This document shows positions 1-9,987 of a DNA stretch of 64,000 bases, piece after piece. The notes beneath the pieces are model-generated. The model was not told the DNA's origin, did not search any database, and saw only the letters and a program-made list of their open reading frames with translations. This stretch comes from Vulcanimicrobiota bacterium. GTDB lineage: Bacteria > Vulcanimicrobiota > Vulcanimicrobiia > Vulcanimicrobiales > Vulcanimicrobiaceae. How positions within the stretch are numbered: the stretch's first letter is position 1; each line of letters begins with the position of its first letter. Location: contig CAVRQT010000003.1 of the NCBI GenBank assembly GCA_963723515.1, forward strand, positions 102,010 through 166,009, in the 5' to 3' direction. The translations under genes were made by a program, and so were the position numbers.

Positions 1-1142
1 ACGATCGCAACGCAGGTGGTCCGCATGGGGAACGCAATGCGATCGCCGACATCGACGGCGGTCGCATGGACGGCTTCATTCTCAGCGCGCAACGCGGTCG
101 CCGGCGATGCCGTGGCGTGAACAATCCGAACTGCACGAACGGCGCACGTGTCGATACAGTCGGGTATCACGATCAGCGCGAGATTCCGAATTATTGGACG
201 TATGCGCGCAACTTCGTGCTGCAAGACCGGCTCTTTCAGCCGAACGCGTCGTGGAGTTTGCCGCAGCATCTCTTTATGGTTTCAGAGTGGTCTGCGTCTT
301 GTTCACGGATCGGCGACCCGATGAGCTGTGTCAGCGCATTACAGAGTCCGGACTCGCCGCGCGACTTTGGCGCTCGCCGCGGTGGCGCAATGACGCCCGG
401 CCGGCCTGATTACGCGTGGACCGATTTAACCTATCTGCTGCATCGCGCGCATGTGCCTTGGGCTTACTACGTGATGGGCGGCTTCGAACCGGATTGCCGC
501 GACGACGGAATGCAATGCGCACCGCGCAGCCAAGGCGTGCACACGCCCGGCATTTGGAATCCTCTGCCGTCATTTGATACCGTCAAGCAGGATGGCCAGT
601 TAGGCAACGTTCAGGACATCGGCAACTTTTTTCGCGCGGCGCGCAACGGCACGCTTCCTGCCGTGTCGTGGATCACCCCGGCTAACCGCTATAGCGAACA
701 TCCGCCGGCGCTCGTTAGCGCGGGTCAAGCATATGTGACGGGCCTGATCAACGCGATCATGCGCAGCCCGGATTGGCCCGGCACGGCGATCTTTCTTTCG
801 TGGGACGATTGGGGCGGTTTTTACGATCACGTCGTTCCGCCGCGGGTCGATCAAAACGGATACGGCCTACGCGTTCCCGGAATCGTGATCAGCCCGTATG
901 CGCGACGCGGCTTTATCGATCATCAGACACTGAGCCACGATGCGTACGTCAAATTCATCGAAGACGATTTTCTCTTCAGCGCTCGTATCGATCCGCGCAC
1001 CGACGGCCGCCCCGATCCTCGTCCCGACGTGCGGGAGAACCAGGCAACCTTAGGCGATGTAACCCGCGATTTCGATTTTACGCAGCGGCCGCGTCCGCCG
1101 CTGATCCTGGCGGGCGGCATCGGACCGCCGTATCTGCGTTAA
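1..1142 (+). CDS. phosphoesterase family protein (phospholipase C / AcpA-like acid phosphatase), 5' end outside window
   Basis: ORF 66..1142, but the frame is open back to nt 3, so the N-terminus is cut by the window edge. Motifs [35 protein letters not shown] and [14 protein letters not shown] match the bacterial phosphoesterase family as I remember it. Confidence 0.75.
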   Translation, partial: DRNAGGPHGERNAIADIDGGRMDGFILSAQRGRRRCRGVNNPNCTNGARVDTVGYHDQREIPNYWTYARNFVLQDRLFQPNASWSLPQHLFMVSEWSASCSRIGDPMSCVSALQSPDSPRDFGARRGGAMTPGRPDYAWTDLTYLLHRAHVPWAYYVMGGFEPDCRDDGMQCAPRSQGVHTPGIWNPLPSFDTVKQDGQLGNVQDIGNFFRAARNGTLPAVSWITPANRYSEHPPALVSAGQAYVTGLINAIMRSPDWPGTAIFLSWDDWGGFYDHVVPPRVDQNGYGLRVPGIVISPYARRGFIDHQTLSHDAYVKFIEDDFLFSARIDPRTDGRPDPRPDVRENQATLGDVTRDFDFTQRPRPPLILAGGIGPPYLR

Positions 1143-2216
1143 GGTTTTGCCAACGGCGCGAACTGATGTAAGAACCGCTCGATGCGCTCGGCATCGACGC
1201 CGGCCGACTGCAATCGCTCTTCCATTGCATCGGCGCGCGCCGGCGGCGTAACGAACATCATGGCGGCTCGATCGTCTGAAGCGCGCAATTCTACATGGTG
1301 CGAGCGCGCGGGAAAGACGACGGTTTGGTAGGGCGTGAGCTCTGCGCTGCCGGTTTCACATCGAACTTCGGCAGGACGATCGAGCGTCATGAAGATCAGC
1401 GGCCGCCCTTCGGTCGGCAACGTGGACCAATTCGCCGTCAAATGGAGCTTCTCGACCGTAAAGTTGTGATCGGCAACGCATGCGAGGCGACGCATTCCGC
1501 CGAGCTCGTACTCAATCTGTGCGATCGCTCCAGCCTCGGAGCGGCGGTAATCGAGCACGTCGGCCGCTTTTTGCACGTGCAGCTCGCGCGGCTTACCCTT
1601 GTGCATCGACACGATTCCAATCGAAGATGCGATAGGTTAAGTCGCTCGCCTGTTGGGTTTCAAAGACGATGATTCCCGCGCCGATGGCATGCAACGTGCC
1701 TGCCGGTAAGTAGTACACTTCGCTGGCGCGCACCGGAACGCGCCGCAGGATTTCGCCCAGCGTTCCATCTTGGACGCGCCGCTCGTATTCTTCACGCGAC
1801 GTGTCGCGATTCCAACCCAGCACGAGCTCCGCGCCCGGTTGCGCATCGATCACGTACCAGCATTCCGTTTTACCGTTCGGCTGATGCTCGACGCGTTGGG
1901 CGTACTCGTCGTCGGGATGGACTTGCACCGAGAGCGAGTCGTGCGCGTCGATGATCTTCGTCAACACCGGAAAGGTCCGGTTCGGATCGAGATTTCCCAA
2001 GAATGCGGAGCCGAGCCGGCTGCGAAGATCCGCGAGCGTTTGCGTTTGCAGCGTTCCGTTCAAGACCGCATTTTCGTCCCAGCACTCCCACGATTCGCCG
2101 AGTTTTTCATTCGGGTCGCCCGCTTTGCCGAAGCGTTTGACGAGCGCATCGCCGCCCCAAATGGCGCCGACGAGCTTCGGGTCGATCAAATACGGGTAGA
2201 GCAGCGAATCGTCCAC
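1139..2216 (-). pseudogene. manA: type I mannose-6-phosphate isomerase, split by a 1-nt indel at about 1595
   Basis: ORF 1593..2216 carries the ManA cupin motifs (SWECWD, VQVHPDD, KTECWYV, LPAGTLHAIG). ORF 1139..1612 starts with KPRELHVQKA, the normal continuation. Skipping one base after ...DWNRVDAQG restores the expected GKPRELH junction. Confidence 0.8.
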
Positions 2217-2234
2217 GCGAGCCTATGATACCAA

Positions 2235-3726
2235 ATGGGTGCGCACCGAGCGAAAGTGGAAGGGTTTCGCGTGCACCAAGTCCACGTCGGCATCGGCTCC
2301 AACCTCGGCGACCGCCAGAGCAACATTCTGGCCGCACTGCAGCGCCTGCGCCGAAAAGGTGAAGTTTTCGCCGTCTCTTCGTTTTACGAGACGGCGCCGT
2401 TTGGCGGCGCCGAAGGTCCGCCGTTTCTGAACATCGCGGCGTCGCTGCGCACCGAATTAGATCGAACGGCGTTCGAGCGGTTTGCGCTGGACGTCGAAAG
2501 CGCGGTCGGCCGCGCAAGACGCCGGCCGATGGAGGCGCGTCCGATCGATATCGACGTTCTCGTCTTCGATGACGCATACGCTCATCCGAACCTTGCGAGC
2601 CGCAGTTACAACTTGTTCCCGCTCGCCGAGATCGCGCCGGACGTTCTGATTCCACAGCTTAACGAGCGCGCCGCGGATCTTGCCGCGTCGCTTCCGCAAA
2701 ACGGCGTGCGAAGAAAATCTCGCGCGCTGGCATTCGCCGCGAATCGGCAAGAAGAAGAACCGGATGTCCGTATCTCGCTTGGCCGCGCCGGCGTTTCGAA
2801 CGTGCGGCGCATCATTCACCTCAACATCGATGGGCAGCCGCAGACGTACAATGCGGAGTTTACAATGGTTGCCGCACTGCCGCCGGATAAAGCCGGCATG
2901 CACATGTCGCGCTTCGGCGAGACGCTCGAAGAAGCGACCCTCGAAGTGCTTTCGCGGCAAGATCCTAAGGCGCGCATCGAAACGCTGGTTGACGATATTG
3001 CGCGTGAAATCATCAGCACGCATCGTGCCGTGAGTGCCGACGTGCGGCTGCGTGCAGACTTTGGGCTCGAACGTTGGACGCCGGTCAGCGGGAAAGCGCG
3101 GCGAAGAGACATACACGCTCGTCGCGATCGCGCACGCCGACGAGGAAGAAACGCGCCACGTCGTTGGAGTTGAAGCGGAAGGGATGACAGCCTGCCCTTG
3201 CGCGCAGCAGATGGTGCGCGAGCATAGCATCCGCGAGCTCGAAGAAGCCGGCTTTACGCCGGAGCAAGCCGAGCGCGCGCTGAACGCGCTGCCGGCGGCG
3301 ACGCACAATCAACGCGGACGCGGCTCCGTTTTGATCGGCAACGATCCGGGTGCGCAAGCAACGATCGTCGCCTCAGATCTGATCGAGATCGTCGAGAACG
3401 CGATGTCGAGCGAAACGTACGATCTGCTCAAGCGGCCGGACGAGTTCTTCGTCGTCAACAAGGCGCATCAAAATCCGAAGTTCGTCGAAGACGTCGTTCG
3501 AGGAATCATCGCCGGCGCGCTGGCGATGTATGCAGACTTTCCGGATTCGGCGTTTATCGCCGCGTCGCAAGTGAACTACGAATCGATTCACAAGCATGAC
3601 GTCTTTGCCGAGGCGTTTGGAACCTTCGGCGAGTTTCGCGCCGAGTTGCGATCAGGGTCCTACCTGGCGCGCAAGACCGACCTCGCCGGCTGGCTTCGGA
3701 CCGTGCATAGCCCCGTTTTGCTCTGA
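2235..3726 (+). pseudogene. folK/folE2: HPPK (FolK) joined in one ORF to GTP cyclohydrolase IB (FolE2); FolE2 half interrupted by a 1-nt indel at about 3096
   Basis: The N-terminal ~165 aa (VGIGSNLGDR, SSFYETAPFG, RPIDIDVL) are FolK-like. From EEPDVRISLGRAGVSNV...AGMHMSRFGE the sequence is FolE2-like. ORF 3034..3726 continues FolE2 (EAEGMTACPCAQQM, ATHNQRG, QVNYESIHKHDVFA). Dropping g3096 joins ...PVSGK to RGEETYTLV. Confidence 0.7.
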
Positions 3727-4950
3727 ACGTGCCCGTTCGGCACTAAGGCGCAGCGCGGCGATGCGCTTGCCCAGCGAAGGATGCGTTGAGAACAGCACTT
3801 CGTACCAAGTCGGAACCTCTTCTTCCGCGAGATTCTGCTCGCGCAGCCGAGTGAATGCCGCGCAGCCGGTTTGCGGCGCACGCGTTGCAGCCACGGCAAA
3901 GCGGTCGGCAGCCCACTCGCGCGATCGCGTAAACGTGAAGAGCACCGGGCGAAGCAGCGCTGAGAAAAGCGCCATGCGCATGTAAAGACGATAGAGAGCA
4001 TCCGTGCGATCGTAACTGCGGCGTTCGGATTGCGGCATCGTGAGGTTGGCAAGTAAGAACGTTGTTCCGGCGATGACCGTGCCGAACGCGCAAAGCCGCC
4101 AACTGTCGCGCGCGACATAATGTCCGAGTTCGTGCGCGACGACGAACTCCGTCTCTTCATCGGGGAACGATTTCAGCAGCGTATCACCGACGACGATGCG
4201 ATGCGTTCGGAACAATCCGGTAACGTAAGCATTCGCCTTCTTCGTTTGCCGGCTCATGTCCATGCGTAATATTGCGGCGTCACCGACACCAAAACGCGAC
4301 GCAAGACGCCGTAAGCGATTTTCAAGCGCACCGGTCAATGGTTCAAACCGATTGAAGAGCGGCGCGACATAGACCGGCACGATCAGCCCCATCAGGACGA
4401 AAAACGGCAACAAGGCGAGCGTGGCAAAGAACGGCCATCCATTCGGTTTACGACGCAGGAGCGTCGCAAACGGGATGCTGATCAGCCCGATTAATGCGGA
4501 GCTGATTCCGAGTCCCTTCGCGTGATCGGTCAGCCATGCGGTCACAGATTGATCGCTTAGTGCGAAGCGGCGCTCTAGCTCATAATCTTCGATGAATGAG
4601 GCCGGCAATTCAATCAGCGTATCAATCACGAGTCCGGCAACCGCAAGAACGGCAGGGCGCAGCGTGACGGGCAACGGTGCGGTCAAACGCTGCAGCCGAG
4701 CGCCGAAGCCGCCCTCGGAGAGTGCAGCGGCAACCGCGATCGAACGCACGGTGTTCGTCAGTTCCAGGTTTCTTCGAATCCGTCCGTAGCGCGCAGCATC
4801 TTTTTCAAATTGCGGCGGCGGCCGGCGCAGCGCGCCGATCGCCTCGATCAGACGGTAGGCAGCATAGCCGGCGGTGAGGCCGGCTCCGATTCCGAACAGA
4901 AAGCGTCGCATGAAGTCCTCTAATCGCTCCGAAGTGCGCCGTTTCGCCAA
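3652..4950 (-). CDS. M48 family zinc metallopeptidase (Ste24/HtpX-like), membrane-bound
   Basis: 432-aa ORF with an HEXXH zinc site (VVAHELGHYV), several hydrophobic helices and the C-terminal ...THPSLGKRI motif typical of M48 peptidases. Confidence 0.75.
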   Translation of the reverse strand: MAKRRTSERLEDFMRRFLFGIGAGLTAGYAAYRLIEAIGALRRPPPQFEKDAARYGRIRRNLELTNTVRSIAVAAALSEGGFGARLQRLTAPLPVTLRPAVLAVAGLVIDTLIELPASFIEDYELERRFALSDQSVTAWLTDHAKGLGISSALIGLISIPFATLLRRKPNGWPFFATLALLPFFVLMGLIVPVYVAPLFNRFEPLTGALENRLRRLASRFGVGDAAILRMDMSRQTKKANAYVTGLFRTHRIVVGDTLLKSFPDEETEFVVAHELGHYVARDSWRLCAFGTVIAGTTFLLANLTMPQSERRSYDRTDALYRLYMRMALFSALLRPVLFTFTRSREWAADRFAVAATRAPQTGCAAFTRLREQNLAEEEVPTWYEVLFSTHPSLGKRIAALRLSAERARSEQNGAMHGPKPAGEVGLARQVGP

Positions 4951-6439
4951 TGCGCGCGTCTACTCATATCTTCCGGATCGCGACGAGTACGTCGTCTGCT
5001 GTGGCCTCGCAGTCGAGGGCGATCGGATCGTTTCGCTCGGCGAAGAGAATGCGCTGAGCGGGAAGACATCGCGCGATCTCGAGGGCCTCACGGTGTTGCC
5101 GGCGCTTGCGGATTGCCACGTGCATATGGCGGATACCGGATTCACGCTGGGAGCGCGCAACTTGAGCGGCGTCCGCTCCTACGCAGAATACTCGGCGGCT
5201 GTCGCTGCGCTTGCGCACGGCCACTTTGTTTTCGCCGGAAACTACGATGAAAGCGATTGGAACGACGGCCGGCTCGCCGATGCTGCGCCGCTCGAACGGT
5301 TCTTTTCGGATTCGCTCGCGATGCTCGTGCGAATTGACGGCCATTCGTGCATTGTTAACCGCAAGACGCTGCAGTGGCTTTCCTTGCCGCCAAATCTTCG
5401 CGGCATCGAGAAGAACGAGGGCGGAGAGCCAACCGGAAAGCTTTTCCTGGACGCGAGCTGGAAGGCGCAGTTTGCTTTCTTTGGCGCGATTCCTGAGGAG
5501 ATGCGGCGCGCCGCCGAAGCGAGCGCAACGGAAATCGCGCTTTCTCGCGGCGCCGTGCATCTGCACGCGCAACTCGTCGGTTTCCGAAAAGATCAATACG
5601 CCGGCGAGGTTGAAGCGCTGCGTCGCCTCGCTGGCCCCAAATGGTATCCGAAGATCTGCGAGCCCGACCCATCGCTCGCCAAATCGTTGGGTCTGCCGTT
5701 CATCGGCGGAGACGTCTTCTTGGACGGTTCGATCGGAAGTTGCACCGCCGCAGTCAGCGAGCCGTTCACGACCGGCGGTCATGGGCAAGGGTGTGGCGCG
5801 CTTAACTTCGATGATGATGCGCTCTTCCGGTACTTCGACGAAGCGGAGCGCATCGGCATCTCCGCCGGCGTGCATGCCATCGGCGATCGCGCGATCGAGC
5901 AATGCATCGCGACTTGGGAACGCGTCCTCGATGGAAAGCCGACGCAGCAGCGCCATTTCATCGAGCATTTTGAGATCGCGCGGCAAGATCACATCGAGCG
6001 CTGCGTGCGATTAGGGATCTATCTCTCAATGCAGCCGCAGTTCGATTTATTGTGGGGCGGTGCAGGCAATATGTACGAGCAGCGGCTCGGCGCCCAGCGA
6101 ATGCGCACGATGAATGCTCTTGGGCGCGCACAGCGTGCCGGTGCGGTGCTATGCGGCGGCGATGACAGCCCGGTCTGCGACCTTTCGCCGCTCTTAGGCA
6201 TGCACGCCGCAGTGCATCATCATGAACCGCAAGAACGCTTGACCCCGGCGCAAGCGCTGACGATGTACACGTACAATGCGGCGCGTCTCGCGCACGTCGA
6301 AGATCAAACAGGGAGGCTTGCTCCCGGCCTTGCGGCGGACTTCGTCGTGCTCGATCGCGATCCGATGCAGGACGGTGACTTCGCGAGCGCCACCGTTCTC
6401 CAGACTTGGAGCAACGGCGAACTCGTGTACGAGCGCTAG
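4910..6439 (+). CDS. amidohydrolase family protein (YtcJ-like metal-dependent hydrolase)
   Basis: ORF 4874..6439; ATG at 4910 chosen. Metal-ligand motifs ADCHVHMAD, HAIGDRAIE, HFEIA and GGDDSP are typical of amidohydrolase-3-type enzymes. Confidence 0.7.
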   Translation: MKSSNRSEVRRFANARVYSYLPDRDEYVVCCGLAVEGDRIVSLGEENALSGKTSRDLEGLTVLPALADCHVHMADTGFTLGARNLSGVRSYAEYSAAVAALAHGHFVFAGNYDESDWNDGRLADAAPLERFFSDSLAMLVRIDGHSCIVNRKTLQWLSLPPNLRGIEKNEGGEPTGKLFLDASWKAQFAFFGAIPEEMRRAAEASATEIALSRGAVHLHAQLVGFRKDQYAGEVEALRRLAGPKWYPKICEPDPSLAKSLGLPFIGGDVFLDGSIGSCTAAVSEPFTTGGHGQGCGALNFDDDALFRYFDEAERIGISAGVHAIGDRAIEQCIATWERVLDGKPTQQRHFIEHFEIARQDHIERCVRLGIYLSMQPQFDLLWGGAGNMYEQRLGAQRMRTMNALGRAQRAGAVLCGGDDSPVCDLSPLLGMHAAVHHHEPQERLTPAQALTMYTYNAARLAHVEDQTGRLAPGLAADFVVLDRDPMQDGDFASATVLQTWSNGELVYER

Positions 6440-6445
6440 GAAGAC

Positions 6446-7531
6446 TTAGATCAGCGAGATCGTTTGCTTCTCTTTGGGAATCGACTCAACGGAGCGCAGC
6501 AGCGCGGCCGCGAGTTCGTCGCAGACGGGATCGTCGAGCTCTTCGATGCGTCCTTCATCCGCAAGCAGCGCCTTGAGCGGATCGATCGGCATGCGGGCAA
6601 GAACCGGCGCTTGTGCCAGTTCAGCAACGCGATCCGCGTACGATGGCCCGAAAACTTCGTACCGTTTGCCGGTATCCGGCGCGACGTAGTATGACATGTT
6701 CTCAACGACGCCCAAGATCGGCTTCTTCAACTGATGAACGAGGTTCGCAGCCTTGCGTACGATCATCGTTGCCAGCATCTGCGGCATCGTGACGAGCACG
6801 ACGCCGTCGATCGTGAGCGATTGCAGGACCGTCAGGGGCGCATCGGATGTTCCGGGCGGAAGATCGATCAGCAACACATCGAGATCGCTCCACGTGACCT
6901 GCTCGTAGAACTGGCGAATGACGCCCGAGACGATCGGTCCGCGCCACACCATCGCGGTGTCTTCCTGATCCGTGAGCAGATTTGCGCTGACGATTTCGAT
7001 CGCGCTGCGCGAGATCGCCGGCACGAGCAACGGGCGCTTTTTCCCATCCGCACCGGGCGGCGCCTCCGGATCTTCTCGAATGACGAGCGGCTTTCGCAAG
7101 CCGAAGAGTCGCGGAATCGAAGGCCCCGTGATGTCGGCGTCCAGGATGCCGATGGTCAGGTTGCGCCGGCGCAGGCCAACCGCCAGCAGCGCCGTCACGA
7201 GCGACTTCCCCACGCCGCCCTTTCCCGACATGATCGCGACGACGTACTTGAATGCGGCGCGTCGAGCGAAGGCGCTTGGCGGACGCATTATCGGACGTCG
7301 GTCTTCATTATTAATCAGCGGGACGCGTCCCGAAAGGCGGGCTTGAACCAGCGCCGTGACGATCGGCTCAACGCGCAGTCCGTGGGCGCGTGCGCCCTGT
7401 TCGATCGTCTCGTAGCGGTTGACCCCGCAGCCCGCGCAGTGCAGCCCGAAAACCGAAAGCACATCCGGCGCGATCGGCAAATCGGCAACGAGTTGACGGA
7501 TATTCGTTTCAGGGGCGATCGTGAGGGGCAT
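6446..7531 (-). CDS. Mrp/NBP35 (ApbC) Fe-S cluster carrier ATPase with N-terminal DUF1858-like redox-disulfide domain
   Basis: Deviant Walker A SGKGGVGKS, plus DADITGPS and the C-terminal Mrp core. The N-terminal 70 aa contain GLHCAGCGVNRYETIEQGARAHGL, which resembles the DUF1858 / hybrid-cluster-associated domain. Start taken at ATG 7531 (MPLTIAPE). Confidence 0.75.
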   Translation of the reverse strand: MPLTIAPETNIRQLVADLPIAPDVLSVFGLHCAGCGVNRYETIEQGARAHGLRVEPIVTALVQARLSGRVPLINNEDRRPIMRPPSAFARRAAFKYVVAIMSGKGGVGKSLVTALLAVGLRRRNLTIGILDADITGPSIPRLFGLRKPLVIREDPEAPPGADGKKRPLLVPAISRSAIEIVSANLLTDQEDTAMVWRGPIVSGVIRQFYEQVTWSDLDVLLIDLPPGTSDAPLTVLQSLTIDGVVLVTMPQMLATMIVRKAANLVHQLKKPILGVVENMSYYVAPDTGKRYEVFGPSYADRVAELAQAPVLARMPIDPLKALLADEGRIEELDDPVCDELAAALLRSVESIPKEKQTISLI

Positions 7532-7564
7532 GGCTGATTCTTCCGTCTTGAGAAGGCGACTCCG

Positions 7565-8287
7565 TTGAATACAAACCGATCGCCGGACCTTTCGTTTGCG
7601 GATCACGACACGTTACGCCGGCTCGGTGCGAGGCTAATCGTGAGGGACGACCCTGCTTTTCCGGCCGGCTTACGTGAACTCGAGGATCCACCGCATCTTC
7701 TCACCGTGCTCGGAGAGTTGCCTTTGCGAGGCGTCGCCATCGTCGGGAGCCGGCGTCCGCCGCAAGAAGCCGCCGAATTCGCATTTGCGCTGGCCCAACG
7801 CATCGCCGAACCGGTGATCAGCGGTTTGGCGAGCGGAGTTGATAGTGCCGCGCACCGCGGAGCGCTCGCGGGCGGAGTCCAAACGCTTGCATACATAGGA
7901 AGCGGCGTAGCGGCGATCTTTCCACCTGAAAATCAGCCGCTCGCACAAGAGATTGTCCGCAGCGGCGGCGGCATCGCGTCGGCCGAGTTGCCGAACGCGC
8001 TCGTTTCAGATCGTGCGCTCGTGCGGCGTGACGGTTTTCAGGCGGCTCATGCTCGTGCAGTCGTGTTGGTCTGTTCGGAAGCAGGCGGCGGCGCGATGCA
8101 TACGATGCGATTCGCGAAGCGCTTGCAGCGCGGACGGTTCGCGATTGTACCAAAGGACGGCGCACAATACTTCGGGAACAGAATCGCCCTCTCGGCCGGC
8201 GCTACGGCGCTTCCTTGGAATATCGAGGATGCGTTACGCGTGCTGCACGAAACGACAAGCGAATCAAGCAATGCCGCATCGATATAA
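7565..8287 (+). CDS. dprA: DNA-processing protein DprA/Smf family (Rossmann core only)
   Basis: GVAIVGSRRP, SGLASGVDSAAHRGAL and the EAGGGAMHT region match the DprA Rossmann-like domain. TTG start at 7565. Confidence 0.65.
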   Translation: MNTNRSPDLSFADHDTLRRLGARLIVRDDPAFPAGLRELEDPPHLLTVLGELPLRGVAIVGSRRPPQEAAEFAFALAQRIAEPVISGLASGVDSAAHRGALAGGVQTLAYIGSGVAAIFPPENQPLAQEIVRSGGGIASAELPNALVSDRALVRRDGFQAAHARAVVLVCSEAGGGAMHTMRFAKRLQRGRFAIVPKDGAQYFGNRIALSAGATALPWNIEDALRVLHETTSESSNAASI

Positions 8288-8672
8288 TCCCCTTTTTACG
8301 CCTGAAAACGTCCGCTGTGCGCGAGAAGATCGGGGCGCAGTGCTTCACCGCCTCCCTTTTGGCGTCATCATCGTCGATCGGAATGCCAAGATCGTCGACT
8401 ACAACGAAAATGAAGATCTCTCTACGGTCAAGCAAGATCTGATCGGAAAGAATTTCTTCGAAGAGGTCGCTCCGTGGGCTGCGGTCGACGCATTCAAGCG
8501 CCGCTGGGACGAGTTCATCTCGTCGCAAGAGACGCTTTTGATGCCGTTCGATTTCACGCTGCCCGGTTCGAAGGGGCCGGTTGAGGTAACGGTGATGTTT
8601 GTGCGCGTCAATTTCGACTCAGATCACGCGACAATTTGCATCGCGCGTAAAGCCGAAGTCCCAAGCGCGTAA
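8271..8672 (+). CDS. photoactive-yellow-protein-like PAS domain protein (Cys69-equivalent is Trp)
   Basis: The 133-aa protein starts at ATG 8271 inside ORF 7953..8672. LPFGVIIVD...IVDYNENEDLSTVKQDLIGKNFFEEVAPWAAV aligns by eye with Halorhodospira PYP (LAFGAIQLD...[34 protein letters not shown]). It overlaps the dprA 3' end by 17 nt. Confidence 0.7.
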   Translation: MPHRYNPLFTPENVRCAREDRGAVLHRLPFGVIIVDRNAKIVDYNENEDLSTVKQDLIGKNFFEEVAPWAAVDAFKRRWDEFISSQETLLMPFDFTLPGSKGPVEVTVMFVRVNFDSDHATICIARKAEVPSA

Positions 8673-9987
8673 GGGCGCTGCGCCCGCGAGCGCGCTGGCG
8701 GGCGGCTGCAGTTCGCCCGTCCGGGCGGGTGCCGCGGTCGGCGGAGCACCCTTCATTCAGTCGCACGCGAAAGGCGCGTACGCGTTCGACGAAAATGGCC
8801 GCCGCTACATCGACTACATCATGGCGTACGGGCCGCTTCTTTTCGGGCATGCCCATCCTCGTTTTTCAACGGGTCTGGATGCAATCGCTGAGCGTGGAGC
8901 GCTGTTCGGGTCAACGCACGTTGAAGAGCTTGCGCTTGCAAAGCGGATTGCCGGACATCTTCCGTCGATGCAGCGCGTCCGTTTCACGACGACCGGCACG
9001 GAAGCCGTTATGTCGGCAATCCGCGTTGCGCGCGCGTTCACCGGCCGCGAGCTGGTCGTGCGCTTTGCCGGGAACTACCATGGCCACTTCGATCTGGTGC
9101 TTTCTCGTGCGGGCGCATCGGCCGCGCAAAACGGCAAACCAACCGCCTGTGCTGAGCTGCGTCGAAGCGGAATTACGCGCGCCGCGATCGGCGATGCGAT
9201 CGTCACACGATACAACGATCTCGATGCGTTCGACCACGCCGTTCGAGGACGCGAGATGCAAATTGCGGCGATCCTCGTCGAGCCGATCGCGGCCAACATG
9301 GGACTCGTCCACCCCGTCCGCGGCTTCTTGGAAGGGCTGCGCCGCAGAGCCGATCGCTTTGGCGCGGTGCTGATCTTTGATGAAGTGATTACCTGGCTGC
9401 GCTTGGGGTTGGGCGGCGCGCAGCGACGTTTGCAGCTCCGACCCGATCTGACGACGCTCGGAAAAGTTCTCGGCGGCGGTTATCCGATTGCTGCGTTCGG
9501 CGGAAGAGCCGATGTCATGCGCGAGCTCGCGCCTGAGGGCGCAACCTTCACCGGCGGGACGCATGCCGGCAATACGTTGTCAGTCGCAATGGCGCATCGA
9601 ACGCTCGATCTGCTGGAATTGCATCCCGAGTATTATCGCTCGATGGCGCAACGAGCAACGCAGCTTGCCGCCGGTTTGCAGTCAATCATTGCTTCACACG
9701 GATTTCCGTATCAGGTCGTTCAAGACGAGAGCATCGTCGATTTCAAGTTTCGAGAGGGCGTCACGCGCAATTGGGAGGATGCATGCGGGGCAGACGCATC
9801 GGCGTATGCAGCGTACTACCACGAAATGCGAAAGCGCGGCGTGCTTTTACCGCCGTCTCAAAATGAACTGATGTTTCTCTCGATTGCTCACAGCGCCGCA
9901 GACATCGCCGAAACGCTGAACGCGGTCGACGAGGCGTTCGCTCAACTTAAGCGGCGGAAGCCGGTTGGTCAGCGCACGCGCAGGTAG
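8599..9987 (+). CDS. hemL: glutamate-1-semialdehyde 2,1-aminomutase-like class III aminotransferase
   Basis: GGCSSPVRA, YIDYIMAYGPLLFGHAHP, NYHGH, IFDEVITW and the PLP lysine in TLGKVLGGGYP. The only canonical in-frame start is TTG 8599, which overlaps the PYP-like gene by 74 nt, so the start is uncertain. Confidence 0.7.
   Translation: MCASISTQITRQFASRVKPKSQARKGAAPASALAGGCSSPVRAGAAVGGAPFIQSHAKGAYAFDENGRRYIDYIMAYGPLLFGHAHPRFSTGLDAIAERGALFGSTHVEELALAKRIAGHLPSMQRVRFTTTGTEAVMSAIRVARAFTGRELVVRFAGNYHGHFDLVLSRAGASAAQNGKPTACAELRRSGITRAAIGDAIVTRYNDLDAFDHAVRGREMQIAAILVEPIAANMGLVHPVRGFLEGLRRRADRFGAVLIFDEVITWLRLGLGGAQRRLQLRPDLTTLGKVLGGGYPIAAFGGRADVMRELAPEGATFTGGTHAGNTLSVAMAHRTLDLLELHPEYYRSMAQRATQLAAGLQSIIASHGFPYQVVQDESIVDFKFREGVTRNWEDACGADASAYAAYYHEMRKRGVLLPPSQNELMFLSIAHSAADIAETLNAVDEAFAQLKRRKPVGQRTRR

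Noticed and set aside
4964-5992. Long antisense or alternative-frame ORFs (4964..5992, 27078..27845, 27455..28129, 31529..32233, 41877..42884, 47737..48771, 51830..52630, 54630..55496, 60928..61719 and others)
   Set aside because: Each overlaps a gene with clear family motifs on the other strand or in another frame. Each has Arg/Ala/Gly/Ser-rich low-complexity translations expected from stop-poor high-GC DNA, and none shows a recognisable motif.
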